NCBI RefSeq assembly: GCF_006345805.1
Contig: NC_042998.1
Location: 187,488,001-187,552,000, forward strand
Direction of reading: 5' to 3'
Origin: Octopus sinensis
Lineage: Eukaryota
DNA length: 64,000 nucleotides
In this document: positions 49,601 to 63,599 of the stretch, piece after piece
Numbering within the stretch: position 1 is the stretch's first letter
Layout of the letters: each line of letters opens with the position of its first letter
The notes under the pieces: model-generated
The model's database searches: none
What the model saw: the letters and a program-made list of their open reading frames with translations, nothing else
Told to the model about the DNA's origin: nothing
Made by a program: the position numbers and the translations under genes

Positions 49601-49655
<55 letters not shown>

Positions 49656-49823
49656 CATTCACCATCATCATCATTTAACATCCGTCTTGATGATGATGAA
49701 TGATTATTATTATTATTATCATCATCATCATCATCATCGTTGTTGTTGTCGTCGTCGTCATCGTCATCATCATCATTATTATTATTATTATCATTATTAT
49801 TATTGCTATTATTATTATTATTA

Positions 49824-49865
<42 letters not shown>

Positions 49866-50038
49866 TATTATTATTATCAATAGTTTTTCTTCTTTCAATT
49901 TTGTCTCCATTTCTTGCCATGTGTCTTCCTGACACGTCAAGAAACTCATTTGTAGCCCTTTAAAATAAACACACCAGATTGTTCATTTACAAAATCAAAT
50001 AAAGTCATGTTGAAAAAAATTTACCTACACGGATGGTA
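49305..50038. mobile_element. Fold-back element: ~185-bp TIRs enclosing (AAT)n/(ATT)n
   Basis: TACCATCCATGTAGGTAATTTTTTTCAGC... versus ...GTTGAAAAAAATTTACCTACACGGATGGTA; TA at both ends. Confidence 0.85.
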
Positions 50039-50396
50039 ATAATCCTTTCTACTATCGGTACTAGACCTGAAATAGGGCAAGAGGTCTAGTTGTTGATTAC
50101 ATCAACATCGGTGTTCAGCTGGTACTTATTTTATCACCCCTGAAAGGATGAAAGGCAAAGTGGACCCCAGTGAAATTTGAACTGGGAATGTAAAAACAGA
50201 TGAAGTGTCACTAAGCATTTTGTCTGACATGCTAGCAGTTCAGCCAACCCTTTCTACTACAGACACATAGTCTGAAAGTCTTTTTTGGTAGGTTGAAGGC
50301 CAGTCAATTGCAGAAGAAATGCTGCTAAAGGGATAATAATGATAGTAATATCAGAAATAACAACCATTATAGCAATTAGAATTTTTCATTTGGTTT

Positions 50397-51015
50397 AACA
50401 ACTAAAAAAACACACAATTACCATCATAATAAGATATATTTGCGTTAAATAGGAAAAAAAATAAAAACACTTACTGTAAGATATGTAAGTATCAGTAAAT
50501 TTTCTAGATCCTGAAAAAAAATAAAGTGCACATTAACAGGAGGATGAAGTCTTTCAACACTGTTAAAGCACTTCTGATGTTTAAGTTAAAAAGCAATACA
50601 ATATATTGTCCTCAATTCTACTCTTTCATCAGATTACTCCAGGATATAGTAATTAACCACTAAATTTTGGGATAGTCAAATAAAGTTTTGTTTGAAAAGA
50701 CAAAATTATTAAAAATGACAATAACAAAACAAAAAAAAAAGAACATGTAAAACACAACCGGAAGCAGAGTATCATTTTCATGGTCACAGCAAAAACAACT
50801 AAAAAATACACAATTACCATCATAATAAATATTTGCATTAAATAGGGGAAAAAAAAAAATAAAAACATTTACTTTAAGATATGTATCAGTAAATTTTCTA
50901 GAACCTGAAAAGAATGTGAGGCACACATTAAACACTTCTGATGCTTAAGTTAAAAAGCAACACAACATATTGTCTCCAGTTCTACTCTTTCATCAGATTA
51001 CTCCAGGATATAGTA
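50397..51015. repeat. Diverged tandem duplication (50397-50651 / 50795-51015)
   Basis: Two homologous ~220-255-bp blocks, period ~398 bp. Confidence 0.85.
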
Positions 51016-51279
51016 TTCTGATGGTTTCAATGGATGGATACTCCTCCAAAATGGAAACGGTATAATATATTGCAATGTTATCATCTGTACAAATATGCTT
51101 GATACACATTCAAACTGGGGAACAAGCTACTCACTGCGTTTTAGCATGGAGAATATATCTCAGTTGTTGACAAATGGTGTGTATACACCTAGATCAAGCA
51201 TATTCGGACTGATAGTAACATTGTAATTTCACTTACCACTGCTTAGCGCTCTCTGTCCAACTTTATATCTATCTATCTA

Positions 51280-51329
<50 letters not shown>

Positions 51330-51619
51330 TAGATAGATAGATATATACACATACATAACATACATACATACATACATACATACATACATACATACATACA
51401 TACATACATACATACATACATACATACATACATACTGTAATGTGGTTGGCATTTGGAAGGGTATCCAGCAATAAAAATCATGCCAAAACTAACTTAGGCT
51501 CTGCTAGTGCCACATAAAAAGCAATGAGTCCACTCTGTGGAGTGGTTGGTGTTAGGAAGGGGATCCAGCCATAAATTCCCTGCCAGAACAGACACAGTAG
51601 CCCAGAATAGTTTTTCTAC

Positions 51620-51847
51620 CTATTTCTTTACTACCCACAAGGGGCTAAACACAGAGGGGACAAACAAGGACAGACAAACAGATTAAGTCGATTACATCGA
51701 CCCCAGTGCGTAACTGGTATTTAATTTATCGACCCTGAAAGGATGAAAGGCAAAGTCGACCTCGGCAGAATTTGAACTCAGAACGTAATGGCAGACGAAA
51801 TATGGCTACACATTTCGCCCGGCGTGCTAACGTTTCTGCCAGCTCAC
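51620..51847 (-). mobile_element. SINE family B
   Basis: Reverse complement of the family B pattern. Confidence 0.9.
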
Positions 51848-53231
51848 TCCTGTCATCTGTCCTACCCATGCGTTCATGGAAGATGGACATTAAACAATGA
51901 TGATAATGCTGATGATGATGATATGTATGTATGAATATTTACAGGGAATTAATTATATGGCCAGTCATAGAGTGATTAATGGTTTCACATCCATAAAGTG
52001 ATTAGCCTTACAGACAATTCATCAGATCCCAATGGCAGAGTACGTATAACCGCTTTCCATACCGGGCAGAATGCTTAACTGCACTTCGTTCGTCTTTATG
52101 TTCTGAGTTTAAATTCTGCGAAGGTCGACTTTGCTTTCATCCTTTTAGAATCAATAAAATAAATACAAGTCAATATATATATCATCATCATCATCACTTA
52201 GCAACCACTTTCCATGCTGGTATGGGTTAGATGGTTTGACTGGAACTGAAAAGCCAGAGAGGTGTACCAGGCTCCAGTCTGATTTTGACTTAGCTTCCAC
52301 ACATTATTTTTTCTACAGTATAGGGAGAGTCTTTTACATGTCACCATCATGGGTGTCTTTTACATGTCACCATTACTGTCTAATCACACTTCTGGTCACC
52401 AAACGTCTTGACATCTTTAGCTCGAATTTCATCCTTGCACCTGTTGTTATATGAAGGTACTTAATGATGTGACTTTGCACACCTAGGTTGAAATCTTTAT
52501 GGTTAGATAATCCTTGAAACCTTAACACCCTTACGATTCTGTCCCTTTCTTTCTCACAAATCCCTAACACTACCCCCTTCCTCCTTTCCCCTGTTCCTTC
52601 CATACTCCACTCCCATAACATCTACTCTCTCCACTATCACTCTCTCATAACAACACCTCTCCCAAAATGCTATCCACCACCACCCTCTCACAAATATAAA
52701 TCTATTTCTCTTATCATACTTTCCTGCCTCTTTCAAAAGCTCTTCCTGGAATCGTCACGCACTTTTCCATTTTAGGCTCTTTAAACTTGCGAGTCACAAG
52801 GTGACCTCATTTGTGCTGATACTATGGAAAACAAGTGCTTAGTGCTTTAATGTGGCTGGCAGCAGGAAGAGCATCTAACTATAGAAGTCATGCCAAAACA
52901 TGCAGGCCTTCACTTCATTAGAGCCTATTCAACACATGGGAGCATGGAAAATGGACATGAAAATGATGAGGATGATAATGATGATGACAATGACAATAAT
53001 GTTGATAACAATGATAACAATGATGATGATGATGAAAATGATAATGTATGTATGTATATAAGAGTGTATGTATGTATGTATGCTTGCATGTATGTGTATA
53101 GAATTTCCTTTATTTCTTTTAATATTCATTATTTACTGCACGCACACACACACACACACCACACACACACACACGCACACACTCACTCACTCACACACAC
53201 ACACACTCTCTCACACACAAACACACACACA

Positions 53232-53268
<37 letters not shown>

Positions 53269-53659
53269 ACACACACACGCGCGCGCGCAGTGCATTCAAA
53301 AGTTTTTTTTCCAGCCAAAACTAATGCTGCATGACCAAAATCCTTTGAGTGGGAGATGATGCCACCCTTCTTCCACATATGTGAAAAGGTTCACACCAGT
53401 AGGTATGTGAAAGAGAATGGAAGAGGAGGAGGAGAAAATAGCAGTGGTGAGCATGGTGAGTTGTGGTGGAAGAAGGAGGGGTGCATGGACATGGATTTTA
53501 CTCAGCTGGTTGGGTCTTCTCAAGCACAGAAAATCTTGGTCCTTTGTCATTTCCTCTGTGGGGTTCAAGATCTGAAGATCATTTCTCACCACTGTTCCAC
53601 ATCTTTTTGGGTCTCCCTCTTCCACTAATATGATGATAATGGTGATATGAGATGAGTAT

Positions 53660-53990
53660 TACATGGCTCTGTGGTTAGAGTGTTGGGCTAACAATAACGA
53701 GGTAGTGAGTTCGATTCCTGGACTGGGTTGTGTGTTGTGTTCTTGAGGAAGGCACTTTATTTCATGTTGCTCTAGTTCACTGAGCTGTAGATATGAGTTG
53801 TGACATCACTGGTACCAAGTTGCATCTGCTTTGTCTTTCCCTTGAATAACATTAGTGGCATGGAGAGGGGAGGCTGGTATGCATGGGCGACTGCTGGTCT
53901 TCCATAAACAACCTTGCTCGGACTTGTGCCTTGGTGGGGAACTTTCTAGGTGCAATCCCATGGTCACTCATGACTGAAGGGAGTCTTTAG
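53660..53990 (+). mobile_element. tRNA-derived SINE family C
   Basis: Homologous to 54467-54805. Confidence 0.8.
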
Positions 53991-54466
53991 CCTGAAGGAC
54001 AACCTCAGGAGGCTGAAACCTTCAGATGAGATGACAAAGGACCAAAATACCTGGCACCTCGCTTTACTCGAGAAAATTCATACCCCACGACAGAAGTGTT
54101 AAGGCCACTGTCCTTGGGGAAGAGGATTGAATAGCAAGTGTCCTGTGACAGTGCCACATGAAAAGTATTCATGTCAGTGTCACATAAAAGTGTTCTTGCC
54201 GGTGCCACATTAAAAGCACCCAGCACACCTATAAAGTGGTTGACGTTAGGAAGGGTATCCAGCTGTAGAAACCAAGCCAAATCAGACTGGAACCTGGTGC
54301 AACTCTCCAGCTGGCCAGCACTTGTCAAACCATCCAACCCATACCAGCATGGATGATGGATGTTAAATGATGATGACGATAACGATGATGATAATGATGA
54401 TGAGGATATATATATATCACCATCATCATCATACTATTATCCATTTTTTCATATTTGCATATTTGT

Positions 54467-54805
54467 GAAGGCGCATGGCTCAGTGGTTAGAGCATCGAGC
54501 TTACAATCGTGAGGTTGTGAGCTCGAATCCCGGACCGGGCTGCGTGTTGTGTTCTTGAGCAAGGCACTTTATTTCACGTTGCTCCAGTTCACTCAGCTGT
54601 AGAAATGAGTTGCGACGTCACTGGTGCCAAGCTGTATCGACCTTTGTCTTTCCCTTGGATAACACTGGTGGCGTGGAGAGGGGAGGCTGGTATGCATGGG
54701 CGACTGCTGGTCTTCCATAAACAACCTTGCCCAGATTTGTGTCTAGGAGGGTAACTTTCTAGGTGCAATCCCATGGTCATTCATGACCGAAGGGGGTCTT
54801 TACCC
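54467..54805 (+). mobile_element. tRNA-derived SINE family C (Nin-like CCAGTTCACTCAGCTGT core)
   Basis: GAAGGCGCATGGCTCAGTGGTTAGAGC...TCGAATCCC; flanking CATATTTGCAT repeat. Confidence 0.85.
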
Positions 54806-55284
54806 CATCATATTTGCATGGGTTGGATGGAATTTGTTGAAGCAGATCTTCTACAGATGGAGACCCTTCCTGTCACCAACCCTTTCCTGTTTCTATGTAA
54901 GGTTATATTTCCCCATGGTTAGTCATATTTTCACAGAAGATTGGAAATGATGGACACTGCTTATATGACAGTGATATTCATTTACAATAATCACATGATA
55001 TCAAGACACCAACAGTCACACACACACACACTAATGGTTTCGTCTTGAATCACATTTAGGAATAGCATACAGCTGTACAAGCAATGCCGAAGCGGACATT
55101 GAAGTTCCAATTCAGTCCTTTTGCTTGTCAGATCCTGTTGAACCATCCCATGAGAGAATAAAAAATGTATGTTAAAATGATGACAGCAATGATGATGATG
55201 ATGATGATGCTATATACACACTTATATATGGATACATCCTTGTTGGTTTTGATGCCTGTGTGCTTCAGTTGTTCAATCAACAGG

Positions 55285-55318
<34 letters not shown>

Positions 55319-55571
55319 TATATATATACTGTCATCAAAAAAGGGGTAGAATTAATTAATTGTTAATAAATTCGACCAAGCAGTATTCGGTATGTAAAGA
55401 CCATTTACGGTATATTTGAAGTATTAATTTATAAAAATATGGTAAAGTAAAAAAATTCACTTTACCACACACCGAACTTTTCAGAAATAGCAGCCAAAAA
55501 TTTGGCTATTTCTTCAACTGCAAATAAAAGTCTCCAGACAATGCATACTCAGAAAATAACTCGTTATTTTC

Positions 55572-55611
<40 letters not shown>

Positions 55612-56888
55612 GGAAGAGAGTGTAAAAATGACATTACAAAGGATATAAACAATTAAAAAATTGCTCATGAATATATCAATGGTCAAGCATGCTAACAAAT
55701 CATCATCATAAATAAATATATAAAGAGAGATTTCATCATAATTACAATGGAGGGGGTTACAAAAACCCTCACACGCTTAGAAACAGCAGTCAGAACTGCT
55801 ATAAAACCACCATAATCACTCATATTTTTCTCTTCACAATAACAGTCTGTGGGTGACATGATACATAAAAGTCACAAGTCAAAAAAATTTTGGGATAATT
55901 TTCAATTATCTGTTCTTTCACTTTCTTTTACTCTTTTACTGGTTTCAGTCATTTGACTGCAGCCATGCTGGAGCACCGCGTTTAGTTGAATAAATCAACC
56001 CCAGGACTTATTCTTTGTAACCCTAGTACTTACTCTATCAGTCTGTGTTGCTGGACCGCTAAGTTACAGGGACATAAACACACCAACATCAGTTGTGAAG
56101 CAATGGTGGGTGGACAAACACAGACACACTTATACATATATGTGTGTGTGTGTGTGTATTATATATATATATATATATATAAATTAGAGAAAAAAGTTCA
56201 CAAAAAGTACAAAAAAATGAATAAACGATATATAATAAGTAAAAAGACTACACTTTTTATGATCTAGTTATATGTTTTATAATATATTTTATTTTTTCTT
56301 TATGATTTGGTTTATGTCTATCATTGTTTGAATTACATAATAGTGGTTTTTCTCTAATTTATATATATTATATATTATATATTTATATTGTGAAATTTGA
56401 TTTAATACTAAATTGAATTTTCCCTGTAAGTTTGGCGTTATACTCCCTAATATTATTATTATTATAATATATATATGTATATATATATATATATATATAG
56501 CAACACCAAATGGCGGTGCCCCAGCATGGCCACAGCTCATAAGCTGAAACTGGAATCAATCAATCAATCAATCAATCATATACATATATATACACACATA
56601 TATATATATGTGACAGGAGTTGAAACACTCCTGTCACAACCTGGGACCTTGAAAACTGCTTTAATGCAAGAAAGTATACTTGTCCCTTAATATTTTATAT
56701 TCAGTATTTCATCTATTCAATAAGACAATCAATACTTCATTTCATTTTACTATATATACATTATTTATACTATATATTCTATATTCTACATTAATATTAT
56801 AAAGAATATAAATAAAACATAAAAAACAGACAGAGTTGGAATTTCTTTGAATAATATATATCCCTCTATACATAATCATACAAACCCC

Positions 56889-56925
<37 letters not shown>

Positions 56926-57271
56926 GATGGGCTTCTTTCAGTTTCCATCAACTAAATCCACTCACAAGGCTTCGGTTGGCCCAAAGCTATGGTAGAAGGC
57001 ACTTGCCCAAGGTGTCATGCAGTGGGACTGAACTCAGAACTATGTGGTTGGGAAGCAAGCTTCTTACTACACACCCACTCCTGCTCATTAAATATTGACT
57101 TCAAATTTTAGCACAAGGCCAGCAATTTTAGGGGAAGGAATACGTTGGTACTTACTCTAACAACTTCAAAAAGATGAAAGGCAAAGTTGACTTTGGCAGC
57201 ATTTGAACTCAGAACATAAAGATGGATGAAATGCCACTAATCATTTTGCCCAGCATGGCTATGATTTTTGC

Positions 57272-57577
57272 CACCTAATCTTTATATATAAAAGAGAAGT
57301 TGTGTGTCTGTCTCCTACGATTTAGATTCCTAACTACTCCCACATTTTGTGGTGCAGTTTAACCAAAAGCGGGTATCTTATAGTCGTGATTCATATCGAG
57401 CCCTTCTGGGTATTAGCGCGTGTCTACGATGAGTCTACGATTTAAAAAAAAAATTACCATCATTTTTTTTCCATTTTTAATGTATTTTTTTGCTATTTTT
57501 TGGCTATAACACTCTAAAAATGCTTATATAGTTATTTCCCTTACAAACCCGAGCAACGCCGGGCGATACTGCAAGTG
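57272..57577 (+). mobile_element. Non-autonomous Helitron (same family as 28194)
   Basis: Shared head and CCCGAGCAACGCCGGG 3' hairpin. Confidence 0.75.
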
Positions 57578-58043
57578 CTCAATAAATATCGGTTAAGTGG
57601 CAGAATATCTTTCCTTTCCACCTTCTCTGCTTCATTTCTCGTCACTTTCCTATTTCCTTCCTTTTGTTTTTGTTAGTTTTTGTAAGGCTAATTCCTTATA
57701 TATAACTGAGAAAATGGTAGGTTACTCTTTGCCAACATGCAGTGCTGTGAGACCAAGTTTGAAAACTCATGGACTGGACTCCTTAATTACTTAAGCAAAA
57801 TACATACAGACATGCATGCACACACATGTGAATGCATGCACACACATGCACACACATGCATACACACACACACACACATGCACATATACAGATACACACA
57901 TACATGTATGCTGATATCTATATATGCATCTCATTCACTTACTATCAATCTCTCTGTCCCTTTCTTCTTCCTCTCTTTCTCTTTATGTGTGTGTGTGTAT
58001 ATATAAGTGAAGGTGTGGGGAGTGTGCATAAGTATGTGTGTGC

Positions 58044-58081
<38 letters not shown>

Positions 58082-58340
58082 GAAAAAATAAATGCACCCC
58101 TTTAAAGCCTAGCCAGGCGCATGGGCCCAGTTTCTTGGTTTCAATGGCGTATGTGTTCCTGAGCTGGATGGGATACCAGTCCTCTACAGCGTTACTCATT
58201 TTTGCCAGCTGAGTGGACTGGAGCAACGTGAAATGAAGTGTTTTGCTCAAGAACACAACGTATCGCCCAGTCCAGGAATTGAAACCACAATCTTACGATC
58301 ATGATACTGACACTCTAACAACTAAGCCACGTGCCTCCAC

Positions 58341-58454
<114 letters not shown>

Positions 58455-58932
58455 TATCCCCTCTCTCTCTTTTGGAGAGGCACTGAGCAGCTATATGCAC
58501 ACATACACACACGGCAGTAACTTCTACCTACCGAATTCAATCACAAAGCTTCGGTCGACTCAGGGGGTATAGCGGAAGACACCTACCCAAAGTGTCACGC
58601 AGTGGAACTGAACCCGAAACCATGTAGTTGGGAAGCAAGCTCCCTAACCACACAGCCATGCCAGAGTGAGAGAGATATGGAGAGACAGAGAAACAGAGAA
58701 TAAAAAGACAAAGTATGTTCAATTCATTGTGAAAATTAATTTCAACTCTAAGAGAAGTGGAAAAAGTTAATTAACACTTTAGCATTTAAACCAACAATAT
58801 CTATCCAAAATATTCAACATGCTTATGTTTAAACTGGCCAGACATAGTCTCTCACATCTACTCTACAATGTTATTCTAAAAATTAACAGTCAAACCTTAT
58901 TGGTACAAGATAATTCATGGTGGATTCAAACA

Positions 58933-59071
58933 AATGTGAATGATGATGAATAATGTGAATGATGATGAATAATGTGAATGATGATGAATAATGTGAATGA
59001 TGATGAATAATGTGAATGATGATGAATAATGTGAATGATGATGAATAATGTGAATGATGATGAATAATGTG
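58933..59071. repeat. 19-bp tandem repeat, ~7 copies
   Basis: Unit AATGTGAATGATGATGAAT. Confidence 0.95.
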
Positions 59072-59093
59072 TATGCTACACAATTAAATAGTG

Positions 59094-59425
59094 AAGGCGC
59101 GTGGGTCAGTGGTTAGAGCGTCGAGCTTACGATCGTGTGGTTGTGAGCTTGTATCCCAGACCGGGCTGCGTGTTGTGTTCTTGAGCAAGACACTTTATTT
59201 CACGTTGCTCCAGTTCACTCAGCTGTAGAAATGAGTTGCGACATCACAGGTGCCAAGCTGTATCGGCCCTTGGCTTTCCCTTCGACAACATCGGTGACGT
59301 GGAGAGGGGAGACCAGTATGCATGGGCGACTGCTGGTCTTCCATGAAACAACCTTGCCCAGACTTGTGCCTCAGAGGGTAACTCTCTAGGTGCAAACCTA
59401 TGGTCAGTGTCTGACTGAAGGGGGT
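59094..59425 (+). mobile_element. tRNA-derived SINE family C
   Basis: Homologous to 54467-54805. Confidence 0.85.
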
Positions 59426-59676
59426 CAAAAAAAAAAAACAATTAAAACATTTTGAATTTTGTCTCCCTTTACAATATAGAACAAAATGATTACAGTGGCA
59501 TGCAACTTGAGTTATGAAACAAACTCTCAACTTCAGTTTTAATTAAAAAAAAAACATATCCTCTGCAACATGTATTGAGCACTCCTTTCTCGTTCACTTG
59601 GCATTACGCAATGTACATAAATACATAACTGTATATCAATGGCATGTGGTGATTTTGAGGTTGGTCATGCAATGAA

Positions 59677-60938
59677 TATGAGTGTTGATTGAAACGTTTA
59701 TAGGGTGACCAAAATTCTCTCAGGGATGTGACCAAAAGAGGTTTATTTTTCAACATAGAACCCCACCTGCAGTCCACACACTTCTTCCATTGTTGTTGCA
59801 GTGCTTGGATCCCATTGGTAAAGATGCTTCCATCCTGCTGATCAAAAAAGTCATCAACAGCAGATATGACATCATCATCATTATGATACTGGTTCCCAGC
59901 CATGTGTTTTATGCGTTGGCAAACAGATGATAGTCAGATGAGGCCAAATCAGGAGAATAAGGACAGTGATCAACTAGTTCAAAGCCACAGCCATACATAG
60001 CAGCCATTGACACCAAGGACATATGCACTGGAGCATTGTCCTAATAAAAGAAGAATCCTTTTGTCAGTTTTCCTGGGCATTTGGTAACTGCCTCAGCATA
60101 TTGGCATAGTAAACTCCATTGATGATGTGGTTGTTTGGAAGATAGTCAATAAACACAACACCTTTTGCATACCAAATAACTGAGGCCATCACCTTCTCGG
60201 CAGATGAAACGACCTTGGTCTTCTTTCAAGCAGATGAGATTGGATGTTTCCACTGCATGGATTGTTTCTGGCTTAAAGTGATAAACCTAACACTCAACAC
60301 AGGTTAGAATGCATTCAAGAAGACCTGCTGAATATACCTCAAACAATGTCAGATTTTTCAATCATGCGATCAGCTTGGTGTGCTTTTGATCAGGTTTCAG
60401 AAGACATGACATCAAGCATGAACCTTCATTGTGCCACATTCATTGTGCAGAATATTTTTAACTCTCTTATGAGACATGCTAATAGCATTGGCTATTTGAT
60501 TTATAGTCAGTCGCCTGTCATCCATCAACATGTGGTAAACACAATCAATGTTTTCTTCCGTGGTGGCAGTTGCAGGACGTCCAAACCTTGGGTCATTTTC
60601 AAGATACTCCCTTCACCTCCTAAATTCAACCACCCACTTTTGCACCGTTGATAAAGCTGGGTTGTCATCCTGTAATGTAACAACTATATCAACAGAAACA
60701 TTCTCGGGGGCTAAAGCCCTTTTCTGAAGGTACGTGATAATACCATGGTGCCAAATTTTATCTATTTTCAAGAGATGTTGCTACCAGTTACTTTTGAAGT
60801 CTTCTTTGAACACTAGATGTCAGTTTACCTGAAAGGAAACAATGCAGTTATTAATATGTTGAGTTGAAATGAATGAATGTAAGATTTCTAGCATCACTCC
60901 TTTATAGTCAGCCTATGAAATTTTCAACCCACCTCATA
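59677..60938 (-). mobile_element. Full-length (~1.26 kb) decayed mariner
   Basis: Matching TIRs TATGAG...TTGAAA..TT.ATAGG.TGAC at both ends; C-terminus DDDVISAVDDFFDQQ...GIQALQQQWKKCV. Confidence 0.9.
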
Positions 60939-61651
60939 CTTATTGGTTGAGATGATTCATTTTTTAAATTGTTTAATTAAGAGAATCAAATTAGTTTCAC
61001 AGCTTGGCCATGGTGGTTGCTGTTTTAACGTGTTTAAAAATTTTTTTTTAAATGCACAAAAAATTATTTTTTTACATACCTCATTTATAAATTAATTCAG
61101 TTCTTCAGTCTTTCAGGGCAAATATATTTATTACTTTGTCATAGAAATTTTCTGTTTCAATCAGTTGTTGAAGTAAATCTTATTCAATTGACAAAAGAGC
61201 CAACTCTGAAAGTCTTTTTTTTCCTGTGGTATTTCTTTGGTAAACTTTAATTTTCATCAATGCAGAAAAGGACCACTCTACAGAGCCAGTTGTTGACAGA
61301 ATTGTTAAAATAAGGTTGCAAAGATTGGAGAGTTCTGACATAGCTTCAATCAGATAGTTGATGTAAATGTAGTGCATGAAATCACTCACATTTTGCTTTT
61401 TAAAATCTTGTATAGAATACAAAACAATTAGTTCCTTCTCTAATCATATTATTTAAAAAAAAAAAAATACCATAAGTAGTTTTTAAAGAATCTAAAGCAT
61501 CCACTGGAAATTTTTTGTGACATTCCTCAGTTTCGCTGAAATTGTAAAGTTCTATGAATTTAAGCACATCTAAGGATGAGTATCACATTTTTAATTGGTC
61601 AATTATTGTGTCAATAATTTTGCTACAGAGCATTCTATAATCTTGTTGGGG

Positions 61652-61884
61652 AAGGTGGCAAGCTGGCAGAAACGTTAGCACACCAGGTGAAATGCGTAGC
61701 CATATTTCGTCTGACGTTACGTTCTGAGTTCAAATTCTGCCGAGGTCGACTTTGCCTTTCATCCTTTCGGGATCGATAAATAAAGTACCAGTTTCACAAT
61801 GGGGTCGGTGTAATCAACTTAATCTCTTTGTCTGTCCTTGTTTGTCCCCTCTATGTTTAGCCCCTTGTGGGTAGTAAAGAAATA
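61652..61884 (+). mobile_element. SINE family B inserted in the hAT fossil
   Basis: Family B pattern; near-identical TATAAT(C/G)TTGTTGGGGA flanks. Confidence 0.88.
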
Positions 61885-62632
61885 TATAATGTTGTTGGGG
61901 ATCAATAGATTTATTCCTGGGTCTTTTAATTTCAATTGCTGCATCAATTCCAAATCATTGAGTTTATTTTCAAGCACGGCTCTAGTTTTATGTATTTGCT
62001 CTTTACAGTACATTATGTTATGACTTTTAGTTTGAAGGATGTTAAATAAGACATGAGCGAAAAAAAATATACCACTAAATACTTCTAATAAAAATAAAAA
62101 ATTGAGAGCTTTTAAATTATGTAAAAGTCCAATAGTAGAATTTATTGTGGTCTCATCCCGTGCTTCAAAGTTTTCAATGAAGTTTTCAAAAAGGCTGATT
62201 ATGAAATTACGATTTTCTTTTATAGTAAGAACAAGATATGAGGAGTAGTTCCATCTAGTCCCTGTAGCTTTGAGAAATTCTTTTTTAACTATGTAATCTA
62301 ACGCATTAGCCTTCATAGGTCATTTTGTAGAAAATGTATCCAGTCCATTTATGGTAAAAAATACCTTGCATTTTTTATAGCAGAGCATGCTTGCAAAAGA
62401 ACTAAATTTAGGACATGAACACAACAATGAACAAAGATTACATATTCATATTTATCTCTTACTTTTTAACTGCAATACCTTTAATTGTCCTGCCATTGCA
62501 GCAGCACCTTCATATGTTTGTGCAATTAATTTGTTTCCACACTTACATGTTTCAATGCATTTAAAAATGTGTTCAGATAAAGCATTTACTGAATGATCTA
62601 CACTAACATCATTAAAACCAGTAAATCATTCT

Positions 62633-62860
62633 TTAACCCTTTAGTGTTCGTATTATTCTGCCAAAATTATGCTTCTTCATCCACATTGTGTTGAACTAAT
62701 CAGGCATTATCTTGTAGCTATGAGATTTTGATGAGGTAGCTGTTAATTTTTAAAACGATATTGTAGGGTTGGTGTGAGAGACCAGATCTGGCCAGTTTGA
62801 ACATAAAACAGGCAGAATACTTTTGGCCGGATATGGCCGGTTTAAATGCTAAAGGGTTAA
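62633..62860. mobile_element. piggyBac-like MITE (TTAA-flanked)
   Basis: TTAACCCTTTAG ... CTAAAGGGTTAA; related partial copy at ~58772-58930. Confidence 0.8.
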
Positions 62861-63599
62861 TAACACAATCTTTTGAAACATAACAAAACAATTGATAGTT
62901 GGAAATAGTTTGACATATCAGATGTTTCATCTCCAAGGATAGTTATGGATTTAGCCTGCTCCAGTTCCTTTCCTATTTCATCCAACATAACTTTTTGAAT
63001 TGCATCGATCAAGTAATTTTGAATTCTGTTTGAGAGACCCGAGGAAACAGAAACTGTATCAAGATGGCTTGCCAATTCTTCGCCATATTTACTGATTAGA
63101 TATAAGAGTTCTTGATAATTTCCATGATTACTGTACTCTTTGGATTCAAAATGACCCAAAATGATCATTCCTGGCAACTGAGAAAAATAACTGCATCGAC
63201 CAAACACCGCAGAATGGATCTGTTTCATCTAACCTCCTCATTATGCTGCTGTACACCTTGTTTTTTATAAACATTCAATTGCAAGTCTATCCAAACATTC
63301 CCAAATGTTTCAAGATCTATCAAAGATCTTATATGTCTTTGAGAATGTTCATGCTTTAGCATGGCCATATGTCGATTATTTGAATCATCATAACTTTTAT
63401 CATTCCAAATAGTTTTTTCTTAACTAAATAACAAGCATGGCCAACAGAATAACTTATTTAGCTTCACACTTCCAGTTAACCATTTTTTCCTTTCGAGAAG
63501 CTAAGATTTTTCACATTTTTTCCCGTTCCTTGTACTTCATTTGCCATTAACACTTTAAATATGATATTTACTAACAGCTTGTTTTCATGAGCTAACCAT

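Noticed and set aside
51018-51070. CTGATGG...GAAACGGTA as a hammerhead
   Set aside because: Core mismatch (GG for GA) and an unconvincing helix II.
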